From positions 15,272 through 79,271 of the forward strand of contig JAQBYN010000014.1 in NCBI GenBank assembly GCA_027622715.1: 64,000 nt of DNA. Direction: 5' to 3'. The DNA is from Pseudomonadota bacterium (lineage in GTDB: Bacteria; Pseudomonadota; Alphaproteobacteria; SHVP01). Position 1 is the stretch's first letter. Each line of letters begins with the position of its first letter. Both the position numbers and the translations under genes were made by a program. The notes below the pieces were generated by a model. That model did no database searches, had not been told where the DNA came from, and saw only the letters and a list, made by a program, of their open reading frames with translations. Below, piece after piece: positions 41,045 through 55,648 of the stretch.

Positions 41045-42460
41045 TTAGAAGTGGAGTGCATGGCCGTACGCGTCAAGGACCGATTCGTGCATCATTTCCG
41101 ACAACGTCGGATGCGGGAACACGGTGTGCATCAGGTCGGCCTCGGTCGTCTCCAACGTTTTGGCAATCGTGTAGCCTTGGATTAATTCGGTGACTTCGGT
41201 GCCAATCATATGGGCGCCCAGTAATTCGCCGGTCTTGGCGTCAAACACCGTTTTGATCAGCCCTTCGGAATCGCCCAGGGCGATGGCCTTGCCGCTGCCG
41301 ATAAACGGGAACTTGCCGACTTTGACCTCGTAGCCTTTTTCCTTAGCCGCTTTTTCGGTGAGGCCGACGCTCGCCACCTGTGGGTTGCAATAGGTGCACC
41401 CCGGAATGTTGAGCGTCTTCATGGGCTGAACGTCTTTTACGCCGGCGATTTTCTCGACGCAGATCACAGCCTCATGCATCGCCTTGTGGGCGAGCCACGG
41501 CGCGCCGACCAGATCGCCAATGGCGTAGATGCCGGGTACGCCGGTCTCCAACCATTCGTTGACCACGACATGGCCACGCTCGACCTTGATCGCGCTGACC
41601 GTTTCAAGACCGCAGTCCTCGACGTTGCCGGCAATGCCAACCGCTAAGATGACCTTCTCGGCGGTCACGGTTTGGGCCGGCGTTTTGCTGCCCTTCATCG
41701 GTTCAACGGCCGCTTCGTAGCCACCCTTGGCAGGTTTTAGCGACGCAACCGAAGCGCCGGTGATGATCTTCATCCCTTGCTTCTCGAACTGTTTGCGGGC
41801 GAACGCCGATATGTCCTCGTCCTCCACCGGCAACACGCGGTCCAGCACTTCGACCACCGTCACCTCGGCCCCCAACGTGCGGTAGAAACTCGCGAACTCG
41901 ATGCCGATCGCGCCCGAGCCAATCACCAGCAACGACTTTGGCATCGTCTCCGGCACCATCGCCTCTTTGTAAGACCAAATGCCCTTGCCATCGGCTTTGA
42001 TGGTCGGTAGGTCACGGGCCCGAGCGCCGGTTGCCAGAATGATGTGCTTAGCCGAAATATCGGCAATCGCCTTGCCGTCCTTGGTCACGGCGATCTTGCC
42101 CGCGCCGTTGAGTTTCCCGTGCCCGTCGATCACATCGACCTTGTGCTTTTTCAACAGATGTCCGACGCCACCTGAGAGTTGCTTCGATACTTTGCGGCTG
42201 CGCTGAACGATCTTCTTGATGTCGAAGGAAATGTCTTTGGCGCTGAAGCCGAATTCGTCCAACCGGTGCAGCAAATGGTAAATCTCGGATGAGCGCAGCA
42301 GGGCCTTGGTCGGGATGCATCCCCAATTTAGGCAGATACCGCCGAGGTGTTCGCGTTCGATGCACACCGTCTTCAACCCGAGTTGCGCAGCGCGGATTGC
42401 CGCGACGTAGCCGCCCGGACCGCCGCCGAGAATCGCCACATCGTATTGTTGTGCTGCCAT
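41045..42460 (-). CDS. lpdA: Dihydrolipoyl dehydrogenase (E3)
   Basis: FAD-binding GGGPGGYVAA, redox-active disulfide GGICLNWGCIPTK, second GxGxxG IGSGAIGIEF. Confidence 0.95.
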   Translation of the reverse strand: MAAQQYDVAILGGGPGGYVAAIRAAQLGLKTVCIEREHLGGICLNWGCIPTKALLRSSEIYHLLHRLDEFGFSAKDISFDIKKIVQRSRKVSKQLSGGVGHLLKKHKVDVIDGHGKLNGAGKIAVTKDGKAIADISAKHIILATGARARDLPTIKADGKGIWSYKEAMVPETMPKSLLVIGSGAIGIEFASFYRTLGAEVTVVEVLDRVLPVEDEDISAFARKQFEKQGMKIITGASVASLKPAKGGYEAAVEPMKGSKTPAQTVTAEKVILAVGIAGNVEDCGLETVSAIKVERGHVVVNEWLETGVPGIYAIGDLVGAPWLAHKAMHEAVICVEKIAGVKDVQPMKTLNIPGCTYCNPQVASVGLTEKAAKEKGYEVKVGKFPFIGSGKAIALGDSEGLIKTVFDAKTGELLGAHMIGTEVTELIQGYTIAKTLETTEADLMHTVFPHPTLSEMMHESVLDAYGHALHF

Positions 42461-42521
42461 AACTTCCTACAAACGTTCGGGCTGCGTACAGCCGTCTAGT
42501 GGACGCGTGACCGACCCCGCG

Positions 42522-43850
42522 CTACAACAGCATCGTCACCGGGTCTTCAATGAAGCCCTTAAATGCCTGCAACAGCTCGGCGCCTATCGCGCCATCCACC
42601 ACGCGGTGATCGCACGACAAGGTGCACGACATCATCGTCGCAATCGACAGCGCGCCATCCTTGACCACCGGTCGCTGCTCGCCCTTACCCACGGCCAAGA
42701 TCGCACCTTGCGGCGGATTGATGACGGCGGCAAATTCTTTGATGCCGTACATGCCGAGATTGGAGATCGAGAACGTACCGCCCTGGTATTCCTCGGGTAG
42801 TAGCTTGCCCTCATGAGCCCGTCCCGCAAGGTCCTTCATTTCGTTGGAGATTTCGGCCAACCCCTTTTGATCGGCGTTGCGCACCACCGGTGTAATCAAC
42901 CCGTTGGCGACCGCCACCGCGACCGAGATATCGACGCTCGTGTAGCGCAGCGTCGCAGCGTCGGTCCAACTCGCATTCGCACTTGGCACTTTCTTCAGTG
43001 CCAAGGCCGCTGCGCGAATAATGAAGTCGTTAACCGACAGCTTGAACGCCGCGTCTTTCGCACCGCGCTCATTGAGCTCCTTGCGCATCGCCATTAGCTT
43101 GTCGATGTCGCAATCGACGGTCATATAAAAATGCGGCACCAGCTGTTTGGATTCGGTCAGCCGTCGCGCGATTACCTTGCGCATCGTGTTGTTGGGCACC
43201 TCAACATAGGCCGCGCCCGGTTGAATGGGTGCGGCGGCACGTTGCGGCAGCGCCGCGGCGGTTGCCGCGCGTTGCACGGGTGCGCCGCCCGATAGCGCGC
43301 TCTCGATATCAGCCTTGACGATCCGCCCGCCGGGACCGCTACCGGCCATTGACGCCAGGTCGAGCCCGGACTGCGCGGCCATGCGCCGCGCCAACGGGCT
43401 CGCCACGACTCGGTCGCTGCCGCTGACCGCGGCCAACCGGGGTGCGGGTGCGGTGACGGGTTGCTCGGCAACCGGTGCCGCCGCGGGTGCTGCTTGAGGG
43501 GCCGGAACCGCCGACGGTTCTGCTTGAGGTGTCGGAACCGGCGCAGGCGCCACGGCAGGCTTGGCCGCCACGCCGGTATCGAAACCACTTAGCGCGCCGG
43601 CGTCCTCGCCCTCTTCCAACAGAACGGCGATGACGGTGTTGACCTTCACCCCCTCGGTGCCTTCCGCGACGAGAAGTTTGCCGACGGTGCCGTCATCGAT
43701 GGCTTCGACTTCCATGGTGGCCTTGTCGGTCTCGATTTCGGCGATGACATCGCCCGACGAAATCGCCTGGCCTTCTTTGACCAACCATTTGGCGAGCGTG
43801 CCCTCTTCCATGGTGGGCGACAGCGCGGGCATCGTAATCGAAATCGGCAT
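42522..43850 (-). CDS. pdhC: Pyruvate dehydrogenase E2 (dihydrolipoamide acetyltransferase)
   Basis: N-terminal lipoyl domain ([22 protein letters not shown]...ETDKATME), Ala/Pro linker, E3-binding domain, catalytic DHRVVDG. Start at internal Met of ORF 42522..43958. Confidence 0.9.
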   Translation of the reverse strand: MPISITMPALSPTMEEGTLAKWLVKEGQAISSGDVIAEIETDKATMEVEAIDDGTVGKLLVAEGTEGVKVNTVIAVLLEEGEDAGALSGFDTGVAAKPAVAPAPVPTPQAEPSAVPAPQAAPAAAPVAEQPVTAPAPRLAAVSGSDRVVASPLARRMAAQSGLDLASMAGSGPGGRIVKADIESALSGGAPVQRAATAAALPQRAAAPIQPGAAYVEVPNNTMRKVIARRLTESKQLVPHFYMTVDCDIDKLMAMRKELNERGAKDAAFKLSVNDFIIRAAALALKKVPSANASWTDAATLRYTSVDISVAVAVANGLITPVVRNADQKGLAEISNEMKDLAGRAHEGKLLPEEYQGGTFSISNLGMYGIKEFAAVINPPQGAILAVGKGEQRPVVKDGALSIATMMSCTLSCDHRVVDGAIGAELLQAFKGFIEDPVTMLL

Positions 43851-43860
43851 CTCGGGTTCC

Positions 43861-45255
43861 TTAGTCGCGGTAACAAACGGCTTTAACCGCCTGCACGATT
43901 TTGTCGGGGTTGGGCAGCGCGAGGGCTTCAAGGTTGGCGGCATAGGGCATCGGCACATCCTCGCCTGTTACCCGCAGCATCGGCGCATCAAGATCGTCAA
44001 AGGCCTGCTCCATCAGCACGGCGGCGATCTCAGAACAAATCCCACAGACTGGCCAGCCTTCTTCGACCGCGACGATGCGGTTGGTCTTGCGCACCGACTC
44101 GACGATTGTTGCTGTGTCCATTGGCCGTAGGGTCCGCAAGTCAATGACTTCGGCGTCGATCCCGTCGGCGGCAAGAAGTTCGGCGGCGTTCAGCGCATCG
44201 CGCACCGAAATCGAATAGGCAACGATCGTCACGTCACGTCCTGGCCGCGCCACGCGCGCTTTGCCGATAGGCACGACGTAGTCGTCCAGCTGCGGCACTT
44301 CTTGGGTGACGCCGTAAAGGATCTCGTTTTCAAGAAATATCACGGGATTGGGGTCGCGGATTGCCGCCTTTAACAACCCCTTGGCGTCGGCCGCCGAATA
44401 CGGCGCGACAACCTTCAACCCTGGAACACTGGCGTACCACGCCGCGAAATTTTGCGAATGTTGTGCCGCGACCCGTGCTGCCGCACCGTTGGGCCCGCGG
44501 AACACGATCGGCACCGGCATTGCGCCGCCGGTCATGTACAGCGTCTTTGCAGCCGAATTAATCAAATGATCCATTGCCTGCAGGGCGAAGTTGAACGTCA
44601 TGAACTCGACAATCGGGCGCAAGCCGCGATAGGCCGCCCCGACGCCGACGCCCGCGAATCCGTGTTCGGTTATTGGCGTATCGACCACCCGCTTGGCGCC
44701 AAATTCTTCCAGCAACCCCTGGCTTACCTTGTATGCGCCCTGGTATTGCGCGACTTCCTCGCCCATCAGGAAAACCCGGTCGTCGCGGCGCATTTCTTCG
44801 GCCATCGCATCGCGCAACGCTTCGCGCACCGTCAGTTCAACCATCGCCGTGCCCGCTGGCAGGTCGGGATCGGCGATCGTCGCGGCCGCCGGTCTAGCCG
44901 GCGCCTGGGAAGCGGTGGCGGTTACGGCTGCTGCCGGGGCTGCGGGTGCGACAGGTGCCGCAGCGCCGTTGCCACCGGCAGGCGCCACGCTAGCGTTACT
45001 CGCAGCGTCCTCACCGTCTTCCAGTAGATGCGCGATGACGGCGTTGACCTTCACGCCCTCGGTGCCTTCGGCGACTAAGATCTTGCCGAGTATCCCTTCA
45101 TCGATAGCCTCGATTTCCATCGTCGCTTTGTCGGTCTCAATTTCTGCCAGCACATCGCCGGGCGCGACGGCATCGCCCTCGGCTTTGAGCCACTTGGCGA
45201 GCGTCCCCTCCTCCATCGTCGGCGACAGGGCGGGCATTGTTATGGGTATCGGCAA
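43861..45255 (-). CDS. pdhB: Pyruvate dehydrogenase E1 beta subunit with N-terminal lipoyl domain
   Basis: N-terminal lipoyl domain ([23 protein letters not shown]...ETDKATME), then the E1-beta body ([36 protein letters not shown]...). This fused arrangement is known in alphaproteobacteria. Confidence 0.9.
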   Translation of the reverse strand: MPIPITMPALSPTMEEGTLAKWLKAEGDAVAPGDVLAEIETDKATMEIEAIDEGILGKILVAEGTEGVKVNAVIAHLLEDGEDAASNASVAPAGGNGAAAPVAPAAPAAAVTATASQAPARPAAATIADPDLPAGTAMVELTVREALRDAMAEEMRRDDRVFLMGEEVAQYQGAYKVSQGLLEEFGAKRVVDTPITEHGFAGVGVGAAYRGLRPIVEFMTFNFALQAMDHLINSAAKTLYMTGGAMPVPIVFRGPNGAAARVAAQHSQNFAAWYASVPGLKVVAPYSAADAKGLLKAAIRDPNPVIFLENEILYGVTQEVPQLDDYVVPIGKARVARPGRDVTIVAYSISVRDALNAAELLAADGIDAEVIDLRTLRPMDTATIVESVRKTNRIVAVEEGWPVCGICSEIAAVLMEQAFDDLDAPMLRVTGEDVPMPYAANLEALALPNPDKIVQAVKAVCYRD

Positions 45256-45272
45256 CGGCTGGTCCCCTGGCG

Positions 45273-46316
45273 CTAGGCTGCGGCGTCCGCCGCAACGAGA
45301 ATGTCGGTATAAAGTTCCGAGAGATCCGGCTCAGGACTCTGCTGGGCAAAATCCGCGGCGTCGGTGACGATTGCTTTGACGTCCTTGTCGATCTCTTTCA
45401 GCGCCTCTTCGGTTGAAGCGCCGCTGCGCAAGATTAGATCGCGCACATGATCGATCGGGTCGCGCTCTTTGCGCACCTTGTTGACCTCGTCTCGGGTCCG
45501 GTATTTGGCCGGATCCGACATCGAATGGCCACGGTAACGGTAAGTCATGGCCTCCAGGATGTAGGGGCCCTTGCCCGCGCGCATATGTTTGACCGCTTTC
45601 GCCACCGCGTCGCGCACCGCCAGCACGTCCATCCCGTCACACTCGCCGCCGGGGATGCCGAACGCATCGCCGCGTTTGTGGAGTTTGGTTTGGGCTGTCG
45701 AACGCTCGGTCGAGGTGCCCATGGCGTAGTGGTTGTTCTCGATGATGTAGAGCACCGGCAGCTTCCACAGCGCCGCCATGTTGAACGACTCGTAGACTTG
45801 GCCCTGGTTCGCCGCGCCGTCGCCGAAATAGGTCAGCGTCACCTCGTCATTGCCCAGGTATTGATTGGCAAAGGCGATGCCGGTGCCCAGCGCGGTCGGC
45901 GCCCCGACAATCCCGTGCCCGCCGTAAAAATTCTGTTCGCGGGCGAACATGTGCATCGACCCGCCCTTGCCCTTGGAATAGCCGTCAACGCGGCCGGTCA
46001 ACTCGGCCATAACGCCGCGCGGTTCCATCCCGCAGGCCAGCATGTGGCCATGGTCGCGGTAGGTGGTGATGACGGCGTCGGCTGCGGTGGTGGCGGCGCG
46101 GGCGCCGACCACGACGGCCTCTTGGCCGATATAGAGATGGCAAAATCCGCCGATCAGGCCCATCCCATACATTTGGCCGGCTTTTTCCTCGAAGCGCCGG
46201 ATCAGCAGCATGTCGCGGTAGAACTTGAGGAGTGCCTCGGGCGTGGCGTCGACCGTTGGCGTGGGGTCGGCCTTGCGCCGAGCTTTAGGTTTGTCGGACG
46301 CAGGCGCTTTTGCCAT
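45273..46316 (-). CDS. pdhA: Pyruvate dehydrogenase E1 alpha subunit
   Basis: ThDP motif GDGAANQG...; [11 protein letters not shown] phosphorylation-loop region; 347 aa. Confidence 0.9.
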   Translation of the reverse strand: MAKAPASDKPKARRKADPTPTVDATPEALLKFYRDMLLIRRFEEKAGQMYGMGLIGGFCHLYIGQEAVVVGARAATTAADAVITTYRDHGHMLACGMEPRGVMAELTGRVDGYSKGKGGSMHMFAREQNFYGGHGIVGAPTALGTGIAFANQYLGNDEVTLTYFGDGAANQGQVYESFNMAALWKLPVLYIIENNHYAMGTSTERSTAQTKLHKRGDAFGIPGGECDGMDVLAVRDAVAKAVKHMRAGKGPYILEAMTYRYRGHSMSDPAKYRTRDEVNKVRKERDPIDHVRDLILRSGASTEEALKEIDKDVKAIVTDAADFAQQSPEPDLSELYTDILVAADAAA

Positions 46317-46455
46317 GGTCTCTCCTGTGCCGCGGGTACGCGAGGAAGCGCAATATACGCAGATGTCCCGGTACCGGCGAGCGTTTTCTAACGGCGGACG
46401 ATTACAGCTAAGTGTCTAGAAAAAAAAGGAGAATCAGAAATTAACTGTGATTAAG

Positions 46456-46773
46456 TTAATTCGAAGAGGTGTAAAGCACGATCTCGTCCCTGTCGGCGAA
46501 GCCGAGCAACGACCGAGCCCGTTCGTCGAGCATATCGAGGTCTAGCCCGTCAGGCCGCAGCAGCTGCGTGCGGTGTTCCATCAGCGCGCGCTGCACCTGC
46601 ACCTCGCCTAAATCGGCCTTCGCCACCGCGATTTCGTCGTTGAGCCGAATCCAGGCCAGCAACCCGCGGTCGCCCTGGACAAAACTAATCCCGAAATACG
46701 CCACCATCAGAATCAGCAAAAACGGCGCAATGGCGGCGCGGGTACGTTTCGTGACTTCGTGGGCCAATCCCAT
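46456..46773 (-). CDS. ftsB: Septum formation initiator family protein (FtsB/DivIC-like)
   Basis: 105 aa: N-terminal TM helix then coiled-coil (LNDEIAVAKADLGEVQVQRALMEHRTQLL) and conserved tail (PDGLDLDMLDERARSLLGFADRDEIV). Confidence 0.7.
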   Translation of the reverse strand: MGLAHEVTKRTRAAIAPFLLILMVAYFGISFVQGDRGLLAWIRLNDEIAVAKADLGEVQVQRALMEHRTQLLRPDGLDLDMLDERARSLLGFADRDEIVLYTSSN

Positions 46774-46923
46774 GGCCCCACCGAATCACAGTCGATTCCC
46801 ACGCGTCAAGGCGGGCGAGTCATCGCGCCGCGGTTTCTTCGCTACTGTGACTCGAAAGACTCAGATGTGATTCAAGATGAAACACCTGCGCTGCGCCGCC
46901 GCATCCCGTAGACGAATTGGCCT

Positions 46924-48141
46924 GTGCCACTGCGCCGACAAGTCTATGTTCCAGCGATGAGCACCCCACCCGCGTCCGATCACCCAAAAAAGGGCCCGGC
47001 GTTTCTCTCGCACGGGTTTCGACCGTTCTTTTTCTTCGCCGGTATTTGGGCCGCGTTGGCCGTGTTGATCTGGGTCCTGGCATTCGCCGGTGCAATCGTA
47101 TTGCCCAGCGCGTTTGATCCCCTGACCTGGCATGTCCACGAGATGGTGTTTGGCTATGCGGCGGCGGCTATTGCCGGCTTCCTATTTACCGCCGTGCCGA
47201 ACTGGACGGGCCGCTCGCCGGTGCACGGCCTCCCCTTGGCCGGCTTCGCGGCGTTGTGGTTGGCCGGTCGCATTGCCGTCCTATGCGGAGAATTGATCGG
47301 CGCGTGGCCCGCCGCAATCATCGACGGCGCGTTTCTCATTGTGCTCGCCGCAGTGATCGGGCGCGAGATCGTCCTCGGTAAAAACCGGCGCAACCTCGTC
47401 GTGGTGGCGGTCATCGCGGTTCTCGCCACCGCCAACATATTGACCCACCTCGAACCGTTGGGCATTGCCGCAACCGGCAGCCTCGGCCTGCGACTGGGCA
47501 TTGGCGTGGTCATCACGCTGATCGGTGGCCGCGTGACCCCCAGCTTCACCGCGTCGTGGTTAGGCCGCCAAGGTGTCACCGCGCCGGACATCGCCGTCAC
47601 GCACATCGACCGAGTCGGCCTTGTCGCCGTAGCAGCCGCCATGATTGCCTGGACTGTCGTCCCCGAAGCCCGCGGCGCCGGCTGGTTGCTATGGTTCGCT
47701 GGCGCTCTAACGCTTTACCGCCTCGCCCGCTGGCGCCCCGACCGAACCCTGGGCGAACCGTTGGTCTGGGTGCTGCATCTCGGCTACGCGTGGCTTGCCG
47801 CAGGTCTGTTGTTGCTCGGTGCGTCGGTCGCTTTCGATGGTCTCAGCACCACGGCCGCATTACACGCCCTCACCGCTGGCGCCATCGGGACAATGCCACT
47901 CGCCGTAATGAGCCGCGCGACCCTCGGCCATTCCGGCCGTCCGCTCACCGCCACCCGTGTCACAACCGTGCTCTATCTGTGCGCTAGCGGCGCGGCAATC
48001 CTGCGCGTCGTGTCGCCGATCCTGGGCACGATGGAGATCGCCGCCCTGCACCTGTCGGCGGCGCTATGGATCATCGCCTTCGGCGGATTTGCCCTAACCT
48101 ACGCGCCGTTGTTTTTCGCGCCACGAACTGATGCGGAATAG
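46924..48141 (+). CDS. nnrS: NnrS-family haem/copper membrane protein (NO-stress associated)
   Basis: About 12 TM helices with NnrS motifs (FRPFFF, HEMVFGYAAAAIAGFLFTAVPNWTGR). Start may be the downstream Met at 46960. Confidence 0.7.
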   Translation: MPLRRQVYVPAMSTPPASDHPKKGPAFLSHGFRPFFFFAGIWAALAVLIWVLAFAGAIVLPSAFDPLTWHVHEMVFGYAAAAIAGFLFTAVPNWTGRSPVHGLPLAGFAALWLAGRIAVLCGELIGAWPAAIIDGAFLIVLAAVIGREIVLGKNRRNLVVVAVIAVLATANILTHLEPLGIAATGSLGLRLGIGVVITLIGGRVTPSFTASWLGRQGVTAPDIAVTHIDRVGLVAVAAAMIAWTVVPEARGAGWLLWFAGALTLYRLARWRPDRTLGEPLVWVLHLGYAWLAAGLLLLGASVAFDGLSTTAALHALTAGAIGTMPLAVMSRATLGHSGRPLTATRVTTVLYLCASGAAILRVVSPILGTMEIAALHLSAALWIIAFGGFALTYAPLFFAPRTDAE

Positions 48142-48211
48142 GCTTTGATCGTCGTGATCGATCATCGAGCATATTCCGTCTGTGGCTGCGACTGATTACA
48201 AACCAGCAATT

Positions 48212-48418
48212 TCAAGCGTCGACGTATTCCGCGATGCTGTTTGGCTGTGGCACGATATGGCCGTCAGCTTTCAGTCCGTCGATGTGAAAGCGGATTGCCA
48301 TACGGATTTCGTCCTCGACGGCTTCAACGGTGCTTCCCGTTGCAACGCAGCCCGGCAAATCCGGCACGTACGCTGAGTAATTCCCGTCAGCTTTCTCTAT
48401 GACCACGGCGTAACGCAT
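48212..48418 (-). CDS. hicB: HicB-family antitoxin (short form, HicB/UPF0150 fold only)
   Basis: MRYAVVIEKADGNYSAYVPDLPGCVATGSTVEAVEDEIRMAIRFHIDGL is the HicB N-terminal domain signature. It lies directly downstream of hicA with a 1-nt gap. Confidence 0.7.
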   Translation of the reverse strand: MRYAVVIEKADGNYSAYVPDLPGCVATGSTVEAVEDEIRMAIRFHIDGLKADGHIVPQPNSIAEYVDA

Positions 48419-48419
48419 C

Positions 48420-48611
48420 CTATTTCTCCGCCAACTGCGCTTGTTTCCGGATACTGCCAAGTGTTCCAAGTGCCAAATCGTCCGATGGCTTACCCGCGAC
48501 GGTTACCCTGCCAGGTTTCGTCGCGTGTTTGAGTTGGCGGTGACTTCCACGGACTCCCGCGATAGTCCATCCGTCCTCGTTTAGCAATTTTAGCACCTCA
48601 CGCACCTTCAT
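48420..48611 (-). CDS. hicA: HicA-family mRNA-interferase toxin
   Basis: MKVREVLKLLNEDGWTIAGVRGSHRQLKHATKPGRVTVAGKPSDDLALGTLGSIRKQAQL matches HicA (YcfA) including the GSH catalytic triad region. Start at internal Met of ORF 48420..48761. Confidence 0.7.
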   Translation of the reverse strand: MKVREVLKLLNEDGWTIAGVRGSHRQLKHATKPGRVTVAGKPSDDLALGTLGSIRKQAQLAEK

Positions 48612-48714
48612 CGTGACGTTTATGGAAGGATTGGAGGAAAAATTCACTACCCGCCGGCGGCGCAGAGTCGCAAAACTGGAGGCTATCCCTATGCTTGGAA
48701 TGCCGGAGGCTCGA

Positions 48715-49461
48715 TCAAAACTCCCGCAGCAACTTCCCGAACCCGTCGATCCGATCCTCAATCCCCGCGGCCCGCAGGCTGGCCCAGAACGACGCGGTGT
48801 TGGACGACACCACCGGTTTGCCGAGCGCCTGCTCCAACGGTTCGATCACATCCAACGTATTGAAGTCGGTGCAGCAAATCAGGATGGCTTGCGCCTCGGG
48901 CCGGTCAACTGACTTGGCGTGCTCGAACACCTGCGCCGGCGGCACCCGCGACATCTTCTGGATGCCCTCCCAGCCGGTATTGAGGCCGAGCCCGGCCATC
49001 GCCACCACGCCGATCCCGTGTTCTTCCAGAAAATGTTGCTCGTGTTCGTTGGTTGCTTCGATGTAGGGCGTTGCCATCCCCACCGTTGTCACGCCCAACG
49101 CCTCGAGCGCCTTCAAGATCGCGCCCGCGGTTGAGACCGCCGGCTTGCCGCCATTGTTGTCGCGCATGGTGCCGATCAACCGGTCCGCCGGACAGGCCAT
49201 CGAATCGGCGGTACACCCAAACGCCACGGCATCGACATTGGCCAGCGCCAGGTAGCTCACCGAGTCCGCAACCGCGCCCAGCATTTCTTTGAAGTCGTCA
49301 TGCGCCGGGTCGGCGTGCATCGGCGATCGGGTGAAGTGAAACGTCACGCCCTCGGGCGCCAGCCGCGCGAACTCGGCCTCGTTGACCGTGTTGCTGGGCG
49401 GCACGATCACCCCGATCCGCCGCCGGTAGCCGATGGGTTGCGCATTCGATAGATCCACCAT
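48715..49461 (-). CDS. Asp/Glu/hydantoin racemase-superfamily protein (maleate isomerase / arylmalonate decarboxylase-like)
   Basis: RIGVIVPPSNTVNE...; two Cys-containing half-sites (AFGCTADSM, ICCTDFNTL) as in maleate cis-trans isomerases. ATG at 49461 preceded by GGAG. Confidence 0.7.
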   Translation of the reverse strand: MVDLSNAQPIGYRRRIGVIVPPSNTVNEAEFARLAPEGVTFHFTRSPMHADPAHDDFKEMLGAVADSVSYLALANVDAVAFGCTADSMACPADRLIGTMRDNNGGKPAVSTAGAILKALEALGVTTVGMATPYIEATNEHEQHFLEEHGIGVVAMAGLGLNTGWEGIQKMSRVPPAQVFEHAKSVDRPEAQAILICCTDFNTLDVIEPLEQALGKPVVSSNTASFWASLRAAGIEDRIDGFGKLLREF

Positions 49462-49474
49462 GGCGTGCTCCCTG

Positions 49475-49882
49475 CTATTGCCCGAAGATGTTCGTGGCGG
49501 TGCGGGCAAAGTTCCGTCCGCTTAGCCAGGTGACGACGGTTATCAAGACAAAAAGGACGATCGACGGGATTGCGGTGCCGAACGAATCGCCGCTGGCCAT
49601 GTGCGTAATGAAGGCACCGCCCGCGACGCCCATCAGGCCCAGCCCGCCGATAAACGCGATCGGCGGCAACAACAACACAACCGCGCCAGCCACCTCGGCC
49701 AGTCCAACCAGCGTCATGAACCACAGCGGAAACCCGAACGCGTTGAAGGCCGTGACCATGTCTGCAGAACCGGACAGCTTGGACAATCCAGCCCCCGCAA
49801 AAGCCACGACCGCGAGAGCCGTCAAGACCCACACGATGATGGTACGCCGACGGCTCGGTGCCGTACTACTGATGTCACTCAT
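49475..49882 (-). CDS. DoxX-family membrane protein
   Basis: 135 aa, 4 TM helices, LSGSADMVTAFNAFGFP...GLAEVAGAVVLLLP is the DoxX pattern. Confidence 0.7.
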   Translation of the reverse strand: MSDISSTAPSRRRTIIVWVLTALAVVAFAGAGLSKLSGSADMVTAFNAFGFPLWFMTLVGLAEVAGAVVLLLPPIAFIGGLGLMGVAGGAFITHMASGDSFGTAIPSIVLFVLITVVTWLSGRNFARTATNIFGQ

Positions 49883-49971
49883 GTTCTTTGTTTCCTTTCA
49901 GCGTTGCTTTGCCGTCCCACCTGCCGCATTGCGCAGAGGTGCGGCGATCGGATTGTTAACGTCGTTCATAC

Positions 49972-50952
49972 TTACCTGAGCGACTCCTGAACAGCGGCAT
50001 CCACAGCCCGAGCCGCGGCTGCACGTTGCGCGATCAGGTCGAGCACGTCGATCCAGCTTGGTCCGAAAAAAACATCCCTGACCGCGTCGGCCTGCTCAAA
50101 GTTGGTCGTTGTAACGATTGAGTCGAGGCTACCCACCACGCGCGATTCGGCTGCGATTAGATCGTCGTAGACGGTAAGGCTGGCAAGCATGCGTTGTTTT
50201 TTGTCCCGTTGGGTGGGGTTGCCCGGTTGGAGTTGCTGAATCCGTTCTATGAGCGCGTCCCTCACACGGCCGAGCTCCCGTAGGTCCGCGCTCGCGCTGC
50301 TAAGCTCCTGTCGCGCCGTGCGTATTTGGCCGCCGACGGTTGCTATGCGGGCTTCACTCGAATCGATTGACGCGGTGAGAATCGCCACCATGGCCGCGGC
50401 ACGGTGAGAGGCCGCCGACATTCGGGCCCGCGCTGGATTGGCTGCCGGATTGATCGCTGAGAATGCCGCCTCGGACGCGGCCGTGATATGATATTCCAAC
50501 CGGTCGAGGTACATGTTCAGCACGAGGCGATCGCGTTGCCCCTCGGCGCGCGACCCGATCGGCCGCTCCAGAAAGGCGTCCCACCGGTCCAACAACTCGG
50601 CCGTGCGGCGTTCGATATCCTTGTTTGAGGCCAGCCAATCGCGCGCGACCGGCCCGAAATCGACATCGTTAACATAGCTGCCGAGGAGCGACCTTGCCTC
50701 GTTCGCGCGCGTCGCCAACAAGGTGCGCGCAGAGGCGATGAAGGGAACGCCGATCTCGCGTCCGGCAGCGTTGCCACTCAGGTGCAGCGTACCGGCGGTG
50801 CCAAATGTCTCGGCGATTTCGACGAATAAGTCGCGGTAGGTGTTGTGCGCCCGGTTTAGGTCTCGGTGGAAGACGGCCACGTCGGCGGCGTCGGCCGGGG
50901 CAGCCACGACCGGCCAAGCGATCAGCAGGAAGAGTGCAAAAAGCCACCGCAT
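49972..50952 (-). CDS. Secreted hypothetical protein (signal peptide, Ala/Arg-rich, predicted helical/coiled-coil)
   Basis: MRWLFALFLLIAWPVVAAPADAAD signal peptide. No recognisable catalytic motif. 326 aa. Confidence 0.5.
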   Translation of the reverse strand: MRWLFALFLLIAWPVVAAPADAADVAVFHRDLNRAHNTYRDLFVEIAETFGTAGTLHLSGNAAGREIGVPFIASARTLLATRANEARSLLGSYVNDVDFGPVARDWLASNKDIERRTAELLDRWDAFLERPIGSRAEGQRDRLVLNMYLDRLEYHITAASEAAFSAINPAANPARARMSAASHRAAAMVAILTASIDSSEARIATVGGQIRTARQELSSASADLRELGRVRDALIERIQQLQPGNPTQRDKKQRMLASLTVYDDLIAAESRVVGSLDSIVTTTNFEQADAVRDVFFGPSWIDVLDLIAQRAAAARAVDAAVQESLR

Positions 50953-50995
50953 CGCCGCAGTCTAGCGGCAATCGGCAGTCTGGTCAGCCGCGGCC

Positions 50996-55260
<4,265 letters not shown>

Positions 55261-55405
55261 TGGGCGATCATGTTCCGGCTGGAATTGGCGGCTTTTATAC
55301 CATACCTCCGGGCTTGGCTAGGGTTGCGCCCGGCGGATGTGGCGAGACCCGCGCCCACCCACGCTCTGCGCTCGTACAAATGTCGAGCCCACTCGATCAT
55401 CCGGT

Positions 55406-55648
55406 CTAGCCAGCCATCATAATGTCGCCCAGTGCGGCGGCAATTATGCGTCGGGGCCCTGGTTCCAGCGCCTCAATGGCGCCCCACGCCGCCTGGACCC
55501 CATCGGGGTCGGCCATGGCCTGAATAAGTAGCTGGCAGACAATATGGCTGCGGCCCAATACGGGCTCGGCCGCGCAGAGAACCTTTGCCAAGGTATCCGG
55601 ATCGGGCGCGCCTACGGTGACGGGGGGAGCGGGAAAAGCATGGCTCAT
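55406..55648 (-). CDS. Small hypothetical protein (80 aa) translationally coupled to tpiA
   Basis: Its ATG overlaps the tpiA TGA (minus strand ...GCG CGA TGA GCC CAT...). Protein: MSHAFPAPPVTVGAPDPDTLAKVLCAAEPVLGRSHIVCQLLIQAMADPDGVQAAWGAIEALEPGPRRIIAAALGDIMMAG. No known family recognised. Confidence 0.4.
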   Translation of the reverse strand: MSHAFPAPPVTVGAPDPDTLAKVLCAAEPVLGRSHIVCQLLIQAMADPDGVQAAWGAIEALEPGPRRIIAAALGDIMMAG

